DNA from: Moniliella sp. 'wahieum'
Lineage: Eukaryota
NCBI GenBank assembly: GCA_003971905.1
Contig: RSEE01000071.1
Location: forward strand, 186,001-250,000
Length of the DNA stretch: 64,000 nt
Reading direction: 5' to 3'
Shown here: positions 59,988-64,000 of the stretch, one piece after another
Layout of the letters: each line of letters opens with the position of its first letter
Numbering within the stretch: the stretch's first letter is position 1
Notes under the pieces: generated by a model
What the model was told of the DNA's origin: nothing
Database searches by the model: none
The model's input: the letters and a program-made list of their open reading frames with translations, nothing else
Position numbers and translations under genes: made by a program

Positions 59988-61383
59988 ATGGTCGCCTCCA
60001 GCTCCGACCGTACCCACACTGCCGCTCTGGCCTTGGGGCTGGTTGCGCTCGGTGCAGCCGGGGTGATTGTATCGCAGCACGCGCTGCGGTGGGTGTGGGC
60101 TTCGCGCGCGGCGCAAGCAGGGCCAACGCTGACTGGGACTGGCTCAGCAAAGAAACCGGTGCACGTAGTACAAGGTGTGGCCGGTCTGATTGGGGACACG
60201 AAGTTGGTGCGGATCGATTCGTTATCAGACCTGACCGGTGCGGAGATTTGGGGGGGGCAAAGCTGAGCTGCTCAATCCCGGAGGTAGTCCCAAAGACCGC
60301 GTGGGGCTCGAGATGCTTTTGCAAGCGGAGCGGGAGGGCAAGATTTCACCCTACACGGGCTGCTGTGTATTTGAAGGAACAGTAGGTTCGACGGGTATCT
60401 CGTTGGCTATGCTCTGTCGTGCCAAGGGGTACAAGTGCCACATTGTGCTTCCGGACGATGTGGCGCAGGAAAAGACGGATCTGTTGTTAGCCTTGGGCGC
60501 GACGGACGAAAAGCGTCGTCCGGCTCCGATTGCCGATCCGGGGCATTACGTCAATGTGGCACGTAGGCGCGCCGCTGAGTACGCCTCGACGCCCGAAGCG
60601 CTCCAGGCGCAACAAGAGCATGAGCATGCACGTCAAGCACGTGGTCTCCCGCCCATCCCACCGGGGACCCAGCCGCGCGGACTGTACGCCGAACAGTTTG
60701 AGAACCTCGCCAACTTTACCGCCCACTTTACCACTACGGGTCCAGAGATTTGGGACGCAACAGGCGGCACGGTGGATGCGTACGTGGCGGGCGCAGGGAC
60801 CGGGGGCACACTGTGTGGTGCAGGCGCCTACATGAAGCAAGTGGCGCGCGAGCAGGAGGGGCGGGCAGGGCCACTGGTGGTGCTAGCGGACCCGCAGGGC
60901 AGTGGGCTGTTCAACCGGGTGAGGGGGGTGATGTTTAGTCTGACGGAGCGCGAGGGCCGGCGACGGCGGCACCAGGTGGACACGGTGGTGGAAGGGGTGG
61001 GCATCAACCGGCTGACGGCGAACTGGTTGCAGGGGGAGGAGCTGCGTGTGGTGGACATGGCGACGCGGGTGACGGACGATGCGGCGGCGCGGATGGGACG
61101 GCACTGGTGCAGGCGGACGGGCTGTTTGTGGGTCATCAAGTGCAGTGAACTGTGTGGGCGCGGTACGGACGCGCGATGGCTGCAGCACGAGGGCGTGCGG
61201 AGGCCCGTGGTGGTGACGGTGCTGTCGGACTCGGGGGTACGGCACCTGTCCAAGTTCCACTCGGACGACGCGCTGCGCAAGTTGGCCGTGGAGAATGCGG
61301 GGTCGAGCGAGATTGGGGACCTGCTGGCGCCGGAGAGCCGGGAGGAGGTGGTGCCGGCGTGGGGGTCTTACCCAGCCGTGTAG
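59988..61383 (+). CDS. MCY1: PLP-dependent cysteine synthase-like protein with N-terminal TM anchor; frameshifted
   Basis: GLIGDTKLVRIDSLS, KAELLNPGGSPKDRV (PLP lysine), EGTVGSTGIS, QFENLAN, GAGTGGT, DPQGSGL, RRRHQVDTVVEGVGINRLT and DSGVRHLSKF. Confidence 0.9.
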
Positions 61384-62220
61384 CATTTTTTGTGGGAGGT
61401 GCCTGCGAGTCGAGCACGGCAAGAGAATCCATATCCATCCATCCGCAGTCGAGCCAGCGTGTGCAGTGTCATGTGGCCATGCAAGGAACTCTTCTTTGGG
61501 GGGAGGGCAGCCCAACGGGAGCGCCCGGGCAGCTGTGGCCGGTGCTGGGCATCTCACACCCACATCGACCATCCCAACGCACTCAGTCGGGGGTGGAGTA
61601 TCCATCCATCAGTGTTCCCCACCCACGTTCGTTGCAATTCCTGCCGCCTCAATCTCCGTGTTCCCCCGCAATCGCCGACAGCAGGCAACACACCACAAGC
61701 CGCCTGCCTGGCATGCCTTGCCAGAGGGCGACTTGAGGGCACTCGCGATCCTATGGATCAGCTGCAAAGCAGTCTTCGGACAAAAGGCGTGAACTGGCAA
61801 AGTGGTGAGCCACAAGTCTTCGCAAGCAACGTATGAAGGGAAGGAGACAGGAGAGAGAGGATGGAGATGAAGCTTGAAGCTTGAAGCGAAGAGAGCAGGG
61901 CCTGCGCGGTCTGCGAACGGAACTCTTCCGCCCGGCCAAGCGAGCGCCACCGATCCACTCAAGTCATCATGTGCAGGGGACGGGATACGTATAAGTCTCG
62001 GAAGTGAATCAGTATATCCATAAGTGGGAAATCTTATAGGGGGCTCCCGGAATTGTAGAGAGACGCAGCAGGGTGAAAGAGGGGATCAAATTGTTATACG
62101 GGGCGCTGTGGTATTCGCCGGACGCTGATGCCCGCATGGCGTAGACATCTCAGGATCTCGGATCTCATACAAACACGCGCCAGTCCTGTTAGACTAGGGA
62201 GAGGGAGGCAGGCACATGCG

Positions 62221-62415
62221 CTCACGCTTAGTGCAGAGTCAATGTACTTCTCTGTGCTCTCTGCTCCTTCGCACTGAGGGAGCCACTGGCGCTCACGCTT
62301 AGTTATAGTCACCGTCCTTTTCTGCTCTCTGGTGCTTCGCACTGAGAGAGGCACTTGTCCTGACGCTTAGTTAGTCACTGTACTGCCGCGCTGGTCTGCT
62401 CTGTGGTGTTCCGCC
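62221..62415. repeat. ~70-bp degenerate tandem repeat (~2.7 copies)
   Basis: CT[C/G]ACGCTTAGT..AGTCA..GT.CT..TGCTCT.TG..C.TTCGCACTGAG units start at ~62221, ~62292 and ~62360. Confidence 0.8.
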
Positions 62416-62487
62416 TGTCTTCCCTCTGGTGCCTGTCTTCCCTCTGGTGCCTGCCTCTAGCCCAACCTGCCTCCCCTCTGGTGCCTC
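62414..62487. repeat. 18-bp repeat with core CCCTCTGGTGCCT (3 cores)
   Basis: CCTGTCTTCCCTCTGGTG occurs twice in tandem, with a third core at ~62474. Confidence 0.85.
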
Positions 62488-63716
62488 CCTCAGAGAGAGA
62501 ACTCGAACAACGCATGCCAGGCGTCTCGTTACGAGCGTCATCCATCCCAGTCCCGCACTTGGTGCTAGCCCCTTTGAGCGCGCCACCTCCCCCCGTGGGG
62601 TAAGTGATGGATCTGTCCCGTCTCCCCATTGCATGCTTACCGCTGCCAGCGTGCCAAATTCGTGCGAGACCGAATGAGGGACGGTTGAGATATGGGCCTG
62701 TTGGTAGTACTAGCGGCATACACGACTCTCTCGATTCAGCTTGCCCCGATTTGGGCATTTGCTGCTCAGGGGCACGCCTCAAACGAGCATCGCACTGTAG
62801 CTTACTCACTCTCCGTCCATCAGAGCGTTCCTGCACCGACACCATCTGCATCTGGGCACAAGCTCAAGTGATGGTGCATGCAGGTTCAAATACGGATAGA
62901 CCGGTGTGGATGGCGCTCACAAGCCACCAATTGTCCTCCGATCTAAGAACTGGTAGCAGTGCATCATGCCCAGCATGCTTGCCTTCCAGGGGAGGTAACG
63001 CACTCCCCGATTGGACCAGGATTGAGGTCAGAACACGTCCATACATCTGACAGAAGGTCCAAACCGCAGATGACCTATGTTGATGGCACCAGTGCTGCAC
63101 CAATTCTTCTCGTCAAACAATAGATTGGATATATTCACATCGTGCACAAGAAGCAGCCCTTCAATTGGAGGTAAACGCCAAGCGAGACGGCAATCAAGAA
63201 CTGGGGGTCAATAGACGACAGGGATTGATTGCTGGCGAGCGAGGGTAGAGAGTAGCGGAGAGGAAGGAGGAGGAGGGAGTGGAAGAGAGGGAAGACTAAG
63301 CGCTCGTCCATCTAATCTCTCACCGATGGAGACGGCGCATGGCTGACGGGCGGGGGGGTGCTCTCGACGTTTCCCCCGCCGCTAAGGCCGCTGGGACACT
63401 GGCGCCGTGCGGTGGGCGGGGGGCTGGGGCGGGCGGGCGGGAAAGACGGGCGATCGGGCTCATAATCCAGCGTCCACACCACGCAGCTAGGGTTGGGTCG
63501 CAGCGTGTTTTAGATCGCAGATCTCCGATCGCAGATCGCTCATTTAAAATTTAAATTGCACGCGTGCGCCTCACGCCACCCACGCACTGCGCCGCTCTCC
63601 GCCCCCCCCTTTCTCTCCCGCGTTGTTGGGCTGCGACCTGCGTCTGCCCCTCCACCGCCTGCCCCCCATGTTCACCCCCCCCCGCACCCCGCCCCCTCCG
63701 CCCTCCACCAGCTCCC

Positions 63717-64000
63717 TCACGGCAGCGGCAGCCTCGGCGTCGCCACCAGCCCCTCCAGCAGCAGCCGCAGCCGCAGCCTCAGCCAGTCCCTCCTCCCCGC
63801 GCCCTCATCCTCCCAGACACCGGCGCCGGCGTAGCCCTTGTCGGCCAGACGCTCGATGCCGTCGTACTCCAGTTCCATGTCCCCCTTGCCCGTCCCCTGT
63901 CCGAAACGGTGTTCGTCGTATGTGGGCCTACTTGGGTCTCCGCCACGCCCAGCTCCGGGGGGCCCTCCCTTCGCTTCCACCTCGCCGGCACTGTCGATCC
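63717..64000 (-). CDS. Probable 3' end of a gene entering from the right edge; product unknown
   Basis: Open GC-rich frame ..GKGDMELEYDGIERLADKGYAGAGVWEDE.. with no recognisable motif. Confidence 0.35.
   Translation of the reverse strand, partial: IDSAGEVEAKGGPPGAGRGGDPSRPTYDEHRFGQGTGKGDMELEYDGIERLADKGYAGAGVWEDEGAGRRDWLRLRLRLLLEGLVATPRLPLP

Overview
This is eukaryotic, GC-rich fungal DNA. Gene content, intron signals (GTRNGT donors, CTRAC branch sites, YAG acceptors) and intron scarcity suggest a basidiomycete, probably Ustilaginomycotina; this taxonomic call is inference. Almost every conserved gene, including CCT8, TOM22 and ERG26, carries small indel frameshifts. These look like unpolished long-read errors, so many gene boundaries were stitched by hand and are approximate. 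Genes recognised, left to right: SCS7 (3' end), TOM22, F-box/RCC1 (SAF1-like), histidine acid phosphatase, F-box/LRR-like protein, IBA57, VFA1, ARS2/Serrate, two hypothetical proteins, AlkB-family dioxygenase, two-LIM protein, SDR, SYP1, ERD2-like, MFS (DHA1), CCT8, twinfilin, ERG26 and cysteine synthase-like (MCY1). The most notable observations are: (1) a ~12.7 kb lower-GC island (6.2-18.9 kb) with no conserved genes, holding an 8-exon orphan gene the ORF track does not assemble, which contains a recent exon+intron tandem duplication; (2) a candidate H/ACA guide RNA next to the TOM22 promoter; (3) an AlkB protein with N-terminal tandem ubiquitin-interacting motifs and an ACGCG-cluster promoter; (4) a twinfilin with a ~470 aa insert between its ADF-H domains; (5) a bacterial-looking SDR with one intron. 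I recognised no tRNA, rRNA, CRISPR array or transposase.
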